A DNA stretch of 64,000 bases from an uncultured bacterium (GTDB lineage Bacteria > Patescibacteriota > Saccharimonadia > Saccharimonadales > Saccharimonadaceae), in contig CAURNE010000002.1 in NCBI GenBank assembly GCA_963526415.1, forward strand, positions 71,501 through 135,500, read 5' to 3'. Below, one piece after another: positions 56,404 to 64,000 of this stretch. A program made the position numbers and the translations under genes. Under the pieces are notes generated by a model that saw only the letters and a program-made list of their open reading frames with translations, had not been told where the DNA came from and ran no database searches. How positions within the stretch are numbered: position 1 is the first letter of the stretch; every line of letters begins with the position of its first letter.

Positions 56404-56964
56404 CTATTTTTTTGATTTTTGTTTCTTTTTGAGAAGTTGCGCAGTGTAATTTTCTGGTGAATCTGCAGTTTTATTAATTCCCAAAACCTCTAAAACATCC
56501 CATAGCTCTTGCCGAATCTCATCAGGATTATCACCTTTTTTAACTTCTCTTTCAAGTTTAATGAATGTTCCCAATTTTTCAACATCATCCAAAAAGAAAG
56601 TTGTGTCTTCAACTTGAAGTTTTTGGCGATTTCGAAGGACTTCAACCTTCATTTCGAAACCTAATTGCTGAACAATGTGCGCAGTTTCAGCATAATTCAA
56701 AACAGGTGTTTCGTGGATTAAATCAACATTTTCAGCATCAATGTGGCGTTTTTGGATTAGCTGATACCAAGGTTTACGTTTTGGGTCAACAATTTCCGTT
56801 CGAATCATTAACTTTGGCAAATTTCGGCTTGGCTGATAACCGCGAGGTAAAAAAACACGATCATTTTGAAAAATCACTCGCCCGAAATCGTGCCCTGTAT
56901 CAGTTAATCTTTTAATAAAATCAACTTTATTTTTAATTTTTGCTTTTACGATAACTTTTTTCAT
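56404..56964 (-). CDS. CYTH-domain protein (CyaB-like), N-terminal ExExK motif degenerate
   Basis: K.K N-terminal strand, Q.D.VF, LGF, LDDVEKLGTFIKLE, Y near the C-terminus. Confidence 0.75.
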   Translation of the reverse strand: MKKVIVKAKIKNKVDFIKRLTDTGHDFGRVIFQNDRVFLPRGYQPSRNLPKLMIRTEIVDPKRKPWYQLIQKRHIDAENVDLIHETPVLNYAETAHIVQQLGFEMKVEVLRNRQKLQVEDTTFFLDDVEKLGTFIKLEREVKKGDNPDEIRQELWDVLEVLGINKTADSPENYTAQLLKKKQKSKK

Positions 56965-57005
56965 AATTCGATTCTACCATATTTTTGCATTTTTTGCAAT
57001 ATCAC

Positions 57006-57788
57006 TTATGCTTTTAATCTTTGACGCGCTTGCTCCGCCAAGCAAACTGTCGCTGCCATCGCTACATTTAAACTCTCAATTTCACCAACCTGTGGAATTA
57101 TAACTTGATTTTTAACTTTCGAAAGCAATTCTGATGAAACACCTGCACCTTCATTTCCAAAAATCCAAGCTGTTTTTATTGTAAAATTCTCATCATAAAT
57201 TGATTTTTCAGCCTGAAGACTTGTTGCAAAAATTGGAGTTTCAACTTTCGAAATAACCTCATTCAAGTCTTGATTTTCGAAAATTTGAAGTTTAAAATGT
57301 GCCCCCATCCCTGATCTCAAAACTTTTGGTGACCAAGCCGAAACAGTTCCTTTTGAACAAATTATTTGTTTAACCCCAAAACCAACTGCGCTTCGCAAGA
57401 TCGTTCCAAGATTTCCCGGATCTTGAATTTTTTCAAGAATAATCATATCTTTTTGAAAATTAACAGATTGAAATTCCGGCTTTTTAACCACAAAAAATAC
57501 ACCAACACCTTCAACAACTGGGCTAATTTTTGCGTAAATTTCTTGTTCAAGCTCAATAATTTCAGTATTCAAATCTTTACATTTTTGAACTATCTGCTTT
57601 ACCTCGATACTCTTCGAAGAACTCAAAAAAACACAAATATCTGGCGAACCAAAAATTTTCAACCATTCACCCGCCAGATGAACACCTTCGACAATTGTCA
57701 AATTTTGTTTATTTCGAAAGCTTTGTTTTTTAGAAAGTTGAACAAGTTTTTTAATCAGTGGATTTTGCGCGGAGGTAATTTTCTTCAT
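57006..57788 (-). CDS. TrmH/SpoU family RNA methyltransferase
   Basis: ITSAQNP.IK, IQDPGNLGTILRSA, FGNEGAGVS, ESLNVAMA. Confidence 0.95.
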   Translation of the reverse strand: MKKITSAQNPLIKKLVQLSKKQSFRNKQNLTIVEGVHLAGEWLKIFGSPDICVFLSSSKSIEVKQIVQKCKDLNTEIIELEQEIYAKISPVVEGVGVFFVVKKPEFQSVNFQKDMIILEKIQDPGNLGTILRSAVGFGVKQIICSKGTVSAWSPKVLRSGMGAHFKLQIFENQDLNEVISKVETPIFATSLQAEKSIYDENFTIKTAWIFGNEGAGVSSELLSKVKNQVIIPQVGEIESLNVAMAATVCLAEQARQRLKA

Positions 57789-59137
57789 TAAACCTCGCTT
57801 GATTTTACACGAATCTGTGAAGCATCGTCACGATTTCGAACACTCACCAATCCATCGCCTTCAACTGTTTCAAAATCAATCACAACAACTTTTGGCACAC
57901 CAATCTCATCCGCCTTAGCGTAAACTTTACCAACTTTTCCACTCAAATCAAATTCTACATTTTTGTATTTTTTACGAAGTTCAAAATAGACCTCTCTAGC
58001 TTTTTCAACTAGAGCTTCTTTATTTTTCAAAAGCGGAGCCACAATAATTTTAGTTGGTGCAAGGTTTTCTGGTAAAGCTAGATAAGTTCGAGTTTTACCT
58101 TCAGATTCAACTTCAGTATAAGCATTCGAAAGAACCGCCATCAATAATCGCTCAACACCAAAGCTTGGCTCAATCACATGCGGAATAAACTTTTCGCGAG
58201 TTTGTTTATCTGTATATTCCATACTTTTACCGCTTGCCCGTTGAATGTTTCCAAGGTCGAAGTCGGTTCGATAAGCAATTCCCATTAATTCTTCTTTACC
58301 GATTGGAAAGTTGAACTCAAAATCAACTGTGCGTTTTGAATAATGCGCGCGATCTTCAGCTGGAACTTCAAGTTCAAATAAAGACTCTTTTGGAAGACCC
58401 ATTTTTTGAGTTAAAAATTCTCGCACCAAATTCAAAAGTTTTTCGAACTCAGCTTCCCAATTTTTAGGATTTACGAAATACTCAATTTCCATTTGTTCAA
58501 ATTCTCGCGAGCGGAACACAAAATCACGCGGACTAATCTCGTTTCGAAAAGCTTTCCCCTGTTGTGCAAGCCCAAACGGCAAGCTTGGATAAAAAGCATC
58601 TACTACATTTTTATAATTCGTAAAAATTCCCTGAGCGGTTTCTGGACGAAGATAAGCTACAGAGTTTTCGTTAACAACTGCACCAACGTTGGTCTGAAAC
58701 ATCATATTAAAGCTACGAACATCGCTCAAATCATTACCTTTTGGCGATTTCAAACCTTTTTCACGAATAATTTCGGTAATTTTTTCATTCGAAAGGCCTT
58801 CCGCTTCGATTCCAGCATCTTTTAATAGGTGATCCGCTCGATAGCGTTCACCAGTTTTTAAATCTTCTACCAAAGGGTCGGCAAAAGTTGCAGCGTGACC
58901 ACTCGCTTTCCAAACTTTTGGATTCATAATGATTGCTGCATCAACACCAAACATATCTTCGCGGTTCTCAACAAAGAAATCCCACCATTCGTTCATGATT
59001 TTGCGCTTTAATGCTAAGCCAAGTGGGCCATAATCCCAAGTTCCGCGCATTCCACCGTAAACTTCGCTACCTTGCCAAATAAAACCGCGGCGTTTTGCGA
59101 GGCTAACAATTCTGTCCATTAAGTCTTCGTTCTTCAT
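57788..59137 (-). CDS. glyQS: Glycine--tRNA ligase (homodimeric type)
   Basis: KRRGF, DYGPLG, YLRPETAQGIF, GKAFRNEISPR..FRSREFEQMEIEYF, PHVIEPSFGVER; start reset to 59137 (GGAGG RBS). Confidence 0.97.
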   Translation of the reverse strand: MKNEDLMDRIVSLAKRRGFIWQGSEVYGGMRGTWDYGPLGLALKRKIMNEWWDFFVENREDMFGVDAAIIMNPKVWKASGHAATFADPLVEDLKTGERYRADHLLKDAGIEAEGLSNEKITEIIREKGLKSPKGNDLSDVRSFNMMFQTNVGAVVNENSVAYLRPETAQGIFTNYKNVVDAFYPSLPFGLAQQGKAFRNEISPRDFVFRSREFEQMEIEYFVNPKNWEAEFEKLLNLVREFLTQKMGLPKESLFELEVPAEDRAHYSKRTVDFEFNFPIGKEELMGIAYRTDFDLGNIQRASGKSMEYTDKQTREKFIPHVIEPSFGVERLLMAVLSNAYTEVESEGKTRTYLALPENLAPTKIIVAPLLKNKEALVEKAREVYFELRKKYKNVEFDLSGKVGKVYAKADEIGVPKVVVIDFETVEGDGLVSVRNRDDASQIRVKSSEV

Positions 59138-59326
59138 TTTTCCTCCGTATATTCTTTTAACCATTATATCAAAAAAGCTCTCATTTTTCGAGAGCTTTTC
59201 CTTAAAATTGTTATAAAATTACAACTTTAATTTCGATTTTTTTGAGTCAACTATAAACTTTTACAAATTTAAAAAAGCTTTTTCCATATACAAAAACAAC
59301 ACCGGTGTGCAATTTTATCAATATTT

Positions 59327-60001
59327 TTATTGCAACGATCGAATAATATCTGTAATTTTGTTCAAAAAAATATCACAACCTTTGATTTTCGAAATAATTT
59401 TTGGTTCATTCGAAACCATTAGTCGCAAAAATTTAATATCATTCGCACCAAACTTACCGTTAATATCTTCGAAAAAGACCTTGTCATAAAAATCAAAACT
59501 ATAATTCAAATCTGCCTGTAAGGGTTTGCCATTTTTATCACTTTCAAGATTAATTTCGTCACCAGAAAATTCAGCCACCTTAAAATTAAACCATTTTTTT
59601 ATTAGGTTTAAGTCAATATCAGAATTATTTAAACTTCGAAAAATTATTAATAAAATTTCAAAAAAATCACCGCTCTCAATCTGTTCACAAAGCCCCGAAA
59701 TCTTTTTAATTGCATAATACGCAAATTCAGTTCTTTCGAAATCCTTCAAAATTTCACCAAAAAATTCACACATTCGAGCTGAAGAAAGTGTTTTCATCTT
59801 ACTCTTCCCTTCAATAAAAACTACCTCATTTAACGAAAAAAACTCAATTCCGCCAGCTAATTTAGATTTCGGTTTTCGAACACCTCGAGCGATTGCGGTT
59901 TTTTTACCTTCGGGCGTTAAAAGTGTTAAAATCCGATCCGCCTCGCCAAAATCAGTTCTGCGCAGAACAATTGCCAAAGTTTTTTTACGTGAATTATTCA
60001 T
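59327..60001 (-). CDS. recO: DNA repair protein RecO
   Basis: AIVLRRTDFGEADRILTLLT.EGK..AIARGVRKPKSKLAG; start reset to ATG 60001. Confidence 0.95.
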   Translation of the reverse strand: MNNSRKKTLAIVLRRTDFGEADRILTLLTPEGKKTAIARGVRKPKSKLAGGIEFFSLNEVVFIEGKSKMKTLSSARMCEFFGEILKDFERTEFAYYAIKKISGLCEQIESGDFFEILLIIFRSLNNSDIDLNLIKKWFNFKVAEFSGDEINLESDKNGKPLQADLNYSFDFYDKVFFEDINGKFGANDIKFLRLMVSNEPKIISKIKGCDIFLNKITDIIRSLQ

Positions 60002-60359
60002 TCGAAATTTCCTCGATTTTTTTGCGTAATTCTTGTGGGTGAACTTGCGATTTATCAAAAATATGCCGAATATTGAAAGGTTTGAGACTTTCGAAATCAA
60101 GCTCGCTCGCCAAATCGGAACAAATTACGACAGGAATTTTTGAAGTGTCGGAGTAGCTTTGAAGCTCATTCAAAAGTGCAAATGCTGAATGCCCTTCGAG
60201 CAAAATATCAAGCAAAATTAAATCCGGCAGATTTTTATCAATCTGTAAAATTGCTTTTTGCGCAGAATTAGCTTTCGAAATACTGAAATTTGAGCGCAAG
60301 ATTCGTTCAAAATTTTCCGCCAAAATCTGGTTATCTTCGATAATTAAAATTTTTTTCAC
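59994..60359 (-). CDS. Single-domain response regulator
   Basis: KILIIEDN...PDLILLDI...IPVVICS...DKS. Confidence 0.9.
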   Translation of the reverse strand: MKKILIIEDNQILAENFERILRSNFSISKANSAQKAILQIDKNLPDLILLDILLEGHSAFALLNELQSYSDTSKIPVVICSDLASELDFESLKPFNIRHIFDKSQVHPQELRKKIEEISNE

Positions 60360-61072
60360 AACAAACTCAACTGCCCTGAACGATTTAAATCGATATAAAA
60401 TGTGCTACCGTCGCGATGCCGAATAACGCCAATTTTTGCACCCATCGCAGTCGCGAAACTTTGCGCGATAAATAACCCCAAGCCGGAACTTTGCGGACGC
60501 GAACTAGCCTGAACTGGCCGATGATTTTGCTTTTTAATTGCGCGCCAAATTGAAAGCGGAAGCTCCTCGCCATAATCTCGCACCGAAATTCGAACTTTTT
60601 CTCCAACATTTGAAATCTTAATTTCAACATCATTTTTTTTATCTGAAGAATAAAGAGCGTTATCAGAAAAATTCATCAAAACTGAACGCAAAAGTTCATA
60701 ATTTGCAACAATAAGCTCGCTTTTTCGGATATTTTTAAACCGAATTACTCTTCCATGAAGCTTGAAAACATCAGAAATCTCAGAAATCACATCGCCGCAT
60801 ATTTTCTTTGAACTAATTGGTTCAAGCTCAAACATTGCATCCTCAAGTTTCGAAATTTTAGTTAAATCTTGAACAAGACGCAAAGCTCTTTCACTCGTTG
60901 TATTAATTTGATGCAAAATTCGATCTCTTTCAGAACTTGAAAGATCGATCTCGTTGTCAGTTAAAGTTAGTGAAAGCTGACGAATAATTGAAAGCGGGGT
61001 TTTCATCTCATGAGCAGCAACAAGAAAACTACTATCTTGCGCTACCAGATTTAAAAACTCCCGCTCATTCAT
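60356..61072 (-). CDS. Sensor-less histidine kinase (HisKA plus HATPase only)
   Basis: AHEMKTPL near the N-terminus, NFSDNAL, VRDYG, SSGLGLFIA. Confidence 0.9.
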   Translation of the reverse strand: MNEREFLNLVAQDSSFLVAAHEMKTPLSIIRQLSLTLTDNEIDLSSSERDRILHQINTTSERALRLVQDLTKISKLEDAMFELEPISSKKICGDVISEISDVFKLHGRVIRFKNIRKSELIVANYELLRSVLMNFSDNALYSSDKKNDVEIKISNVGEKVRISVRDYGEELPLSIWRAIKKQNHRPVQASSRPQSSGLGLFIAQSFATAMGAKIGVIRHRDGSTFYIDLNRSGQLSLL

Positions 61073-61108
61073 ACTTTTATTATAGCAAATTTTTGCTATT
61101 TTTAAAAG

Positions 61109-61783
61109 CTAATCCATTTTCAAGGTTCTTAGAACATTCTCATTCAAAACATTATTATAAGTATCGGCATCTGTTCGAATCATCAAAGTTTTACTATTAA
61201 ATTTAAAATAGTAAGCCGTTCCGCGAATTCGGTTATTTTTATCATTTCCTGGGAATAATCCTGAAATTTTTGTTGCAGGATATCCGTTAACAGTTGCCGC
61301 TTCAGAAGAAAGTTCACCCTTCTTAATCGCCTCTTGGAAGTCTTTCAAAACTTCATCCATATTTTTTTCATAGATAGCAACTCGAAGTCCAAACCTTTGA
61401 ACATCTTTGTTTTCTTTTGGAACTGGCGGAACAGTGTCAGGATAGAAATATGAGAAAAATCCTTTTCGATCTGATCCATTTGATTCAATATATTGATTCC
61501 AGAAAGTTGGATAGCTAAATGTTACCTTTCCTAAATCTTCTGGTGCACGGAATTCTTTAACAGTTTTTCGGCGTTCTTCGTTATATTTCTTTTCATCATC
61601 TTCGGCTTGTTTTCGCTTTGCTTCCGCCGTAGCTAATTCAATTTTACCGTCAATATCTGTTTTTGCGTTATTGTATTCAATATAAGCCCAAATCCCAAAA
61701 GAACCCGCACCGGCAAACCCGATACTCAAAAGAATAATTGCAATTGTTGAGCCTTGTACTGCACCTTTTTTGAATCTATTCAT
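61109..61783 (-). CDS. Membrane-anchored surface protein with prepilin-like N-terminus
   Basis: MNRFKKG/AVQG plus TM helix, coiled coil and an FSYP..W (PsbP-like) domain; start reset to 61783. Confidence 0.65.
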   Translation of the reverse strand: MNRFKKGAVQGSTIAIILLSIGFAGAGSFGIWAYIEYNNAKTDIDGKIELATAEAKRKQAEDDEKKYNEERRKTVKEFRAPEDLGKVTFSYPTFWNQYIESNGSDRKGFFSYFYPDTVPPVPKENKDVQRFGLRVAIYEKNMDEVLKDFQEAIKKGELSSEAATVNGYPATKISGLFPGNDKNNRIRGTAYYFKFNSKTLMIRTDADTYNNVLNENVLRTLKMD

Positions 61784-61878
61784 ACTACCTATTATACTTA
61801 TGTTTTTATTTTTTTCAAGTGCTTTTGGGATTTTTTGAAAAATAAAAAACCGCATTTAGCGGATTTCATCAAAAAAAA

Positions 61879-61954
61879 TGGTGGCTCCTCCCAGACTTGA
61901 ACTGGGGACACAAGGCTCTTCAGGCCTCTGCTCTACCAACTGAGCTAAAGAGCC
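61879..61954 (-). tRNA. tRNA-Phe (anticodon GAA)
   Basis: Reverse complement GGCTCTTTAGCTCAGTTGGTAGAGCAGAGGCCT-GAA-GAGCCTTGTGTCCCCAGTTCAAGTCTGGGAGGAGCCACCA. Confidence 0.97.
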
Positions 61955-62095
61955 AACCTTTATTAATTATACAGTATAAGCTTTTTTTATGCAAGAGTTT
62001 TTTTAATTATTTTCGAAAAATAGAAATCTTCCGTATTGACTTTCTATCTAAAAAATGTTATTATATAAGTATTCCAAAAAAGGAGGTTCTTTTAT

Positions 62096-62359
62096 TTGTT
62101 ATTAACAATATATAACGTACACATTTTTCGCAATTTAGCTTCGAATAGTGTTGAATTACCACATAAAGTTAGACTAAAAACCAATCTTGGTGAATTTCCT
62201 GCTAAAATTATTTTTATAAAACAGTACGAAAACTATATTCGTATTGAAGGAAAAATCGTTGTAAATGAACAAAAACCTGAGCTACAAAGATTTGAATTAA
62301 ATCTTTTAAATAGTGTAAACGAAGCCAAAATTAAGATTAAAAAAATTGTACAAAACTAA
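62096..62359 (+). CDS. Small hypothetical protein
   Basis: TTGACT..TATTAT promoter-like sequence, AAGGAGG RBS, TTG start; shared hairpin AAAGCCCAT..ATGGGCTTT at the 3' end. Confidence 0.5.
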   Translation: MLLTIYNVHIFRNLASNSVELPHKVRLKTNLGEFPAKIIFIKQYENYIRIEGKIVVNEQKPELQRFELNLLNSVNEAKIKIKKIVQN

Positions 62360-62367
62360 AGCCCATT

Positions 62368-63747
62368 TTAGATGGGCTTTTTGAATGTCTCAAATTCTGA
62401 GATTTCCTTGCGATGTTCGTTTCGAACCTTATTCATTCGCACAATATCTTGAAAATCAATACCTTTGCTTTCTGCCTGTACATCCATTAAATCATAGAAA
62501 ATATCTAAACTTTCATAATTCATTAGTGGTGCCGAAATTAAAATTTTATTATCCTTATAATCGTGCATTAATTGATCAAAATCATACATCAGATCTTCAT
62601 AATTCTCGTCGCGCAGATATTTTTCGTTTAAATCACGATGAGGTGACGCTAAAACAGAAGCACCAATTTTTCGAAGTAGATTTAATCGTGTTGGGTTATT
62701 TTCGAAACGACGGTTATGATAATCTTCGTCTCGCTCACCAATTCCGCGACCAAAATCATTATTTTTATCATACCAAACTGGAACAGATCCGTGCGTTAAT
62801 TTCACCTCTCCGCCAATATTAGACTTCACCTGGCGATCTTCGCTTTCCCAGAAAGTAAAACCGCTATCATTCACTTTCGCCTCAGGCAGTGCATGATGTA
62901 AAAGAAAGCTTGCAACACCAATTGTCGCGCCCGAAAAACTAGTTTCATCAACCGCGATAACTTTCTTGCCTTCAACAGTAGTTTTTGAATTTAAAATCTG
63001 CTGAATAATTTCGTCCTCACCAGCATTCATATCAATCTCAGCGTTTTTATCTAAAAATTGCGAACGCACCGCCGCCAAAATCCGATCCTTAGTTTTTTGC
63101 GAAGCTTCCCTTTGCCAGCGATTAATAAAATGACTCGTTTTTGCAATTCCGTTATTTTCAGTTCCATCATTAAAATATCCGTCACTAATTCCAAAACCAA
63201 GCTCGGCAAAAATCTGATTTCGGTCGATATTTAAAAATTTTGAATCCGGTCGCTTTTTATTCGGTAAAACTGTTTTTAAAACTTTTCGCGCCAAACCATC
63301 AAGCGGACGTGCCGATTTGTCAAGATAAACAACTGTGTCATAATTCGAAACCGTGTCAGCAAGCGCAATTCCGTGTTTTAAATATTTTGTCACCGTTAAA
63401 TCAATTCCAACACGCCCATTTCCTTGAATAATCTGTTTCGAAAGAATTTTATAATCATTAGGGTCAACGATAAAATTGTCTTTTTCGTCAAAATAACCCT
63501 TTTCGATTTCTTCTTTTCTGCGACTTTTTAAAGCAATTTCGCGCTCAAAATGCTCTTTTGCGTTTTCACCATAAGGATTATTTAAATAATCAAAACGCTC
63601 ACGCTTTTTCGAAAAATGGTGAGTTTTTTCAGCAATCTTCAGAGCAGTTTCGCCAATATTTTGAAAGTCTTCTTTCGAAAATTGAGTTTCATTTCCTTGT
63701 AAGTTTTCAAAATCTTGCTCTTGTGAAATTTTATTCAAATTTTTCAT
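62368..63747 (-). CDS. Hypothetical protein with phosphoribosyltransferase-like PRPP-binding motif
   Basis: EGKKVIAVDETSFSGATI fits the hhhhDD/E..SG.T type I PRTase loop; upstream VVYLDKSARP. Confidence 0.6.
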   Translation of the reverse strand: MKNLNKISQEQDFENLQGNETQFSKEDFQNIGETALKIAEKTHHFSKKRERFDYLNNPYGENAKEHFEREIALKSRRKEEIEKGYFDEKDNFIVDPNDYKILSKQIIQGNGRVGIDLTVTKYLKHGIALADTVSNYDTVVYLDKSARPLDGLARKVLKTVLPNKKRPDSKFLNIDRNQIFAELGFGISDGYFNDGTENNGIAKTSHFINRWQREASQKTKDRILAAVRSQFLDKNAEIDMNAGEDEIIQQILNSKTTVEGKKVIAVDETSFSGATIGVASFLLHHALPEAKVNDSGFTFWESEDRQVKSNIGGEVKLTHGSVPVWYDKNNDFGRGIGERDEDYHNRRFENNPTRLNLLRKIGASVLASPHRDLNEKYLRDENYEDLMYDFDQLMHDYKDNKILISAPLMNYESLDIFYDLMDVQAESKGIDFQDIVRMNKVRNEHRKEISEFETFKKPI

Positions 63748-63821
63748 ATTTTTATTTTTGCAGTTTATTTTATATTAAAAGAATATCATAAAATTCACAT
63801 TTTGTCAATATTCTTATGCTT

Positions 63822-64000
63822 TTATTCTTTCGAATTTTCCAAAAAAGCAAAAATAAATCCGTCAATTTCGCCATTTAGTACTTTTTCAATATCTTTTTCT
63901 TCATGCTTCGTGCGAGTGTCTTTCACAAGCTTGTAAGGGTTCAGAACATAATTTCGAATTTGTGATCCCCAGTCAGCAGATTTTCCAGCTTGAAGCTCAC
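63822..64000 (-). CDS. prfB: Peptide chain release factor 2, C-terminal end (5' part outside the window)
   Basis: Own translation: ELQAGKSADWGSQIRNYVLNPYKLVKDTRTKHEEKDIEKVLNGEIDGFI...*, the RF2 C-terminal signature. Confidence 0.92.
   Translation of the reverse strand, partial: ELQAGKSADWGSQIRNYVLNPYKLVKDTRTKHEEKDIEKVLNGEIDGFIFAFLENSKE

Noticed and set aside
728..63791. Numerous 60-170 aa antisense or alternate-frame ORFs in the track (for example 11647-12156, 45030-45422, 52203-52634, 62385-62822)
   Set aside because: They lie entirely over well-supported genes, lack RBSs and have shadow-ORF composition
1..64000. CRISPR array, IS/transposase, integrase, reverse transcriptase/retron, rRNA or tmRNA
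   Set aside because: No regularly spaced repeats or diagnostic motifs found by eye; tmRNA is not adjacent to smpB

Overview
A 64-kb, AT-rich bacterial chromosome segment. Gene content points to Candidatus Saccharibacteria (TM7, Patescibacteria/CPR); this is an inference from the missing rpmD between rpsE and rplO, a CPR-type conserved hypothetical at 7030, single-chain GlyRS and 'GFTIIEVVLVLAIAGLIFLMVFLALPALQR' type IV pilins. Most of it is housekeeping: ribosomal proteins, aminoacyl-tRNA synthetases, recR/recO/pcrA/dprA, the dcw cluster, ftsEX, two-component genes, tRNA-Glu, tRNA-Phe and the 3' end of prfB. Gene orientation flips from mostly + to mostly - at about 37.1 kb. At that convergence sit a dif-like 28-bp site and a small cassette resembling filamentous-phage (inovirus) ssDNA-binding and major-coat genes, with its own promoter, palindromic operator and LexA-like boxes. 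Other highlights: a ~260-nt structured orphan RNA candidate divergent from dprA with an anti-Shine-Dalgarno loop; a pilin promoter with an A13 tract (phase-variation candidate); two unannotated small ORFs; two genes broken by in-frame TGA; pervasive leaderless gene starts; and a highly iterated TTCGAA palindrome. All calls were made by eye with no database searches.
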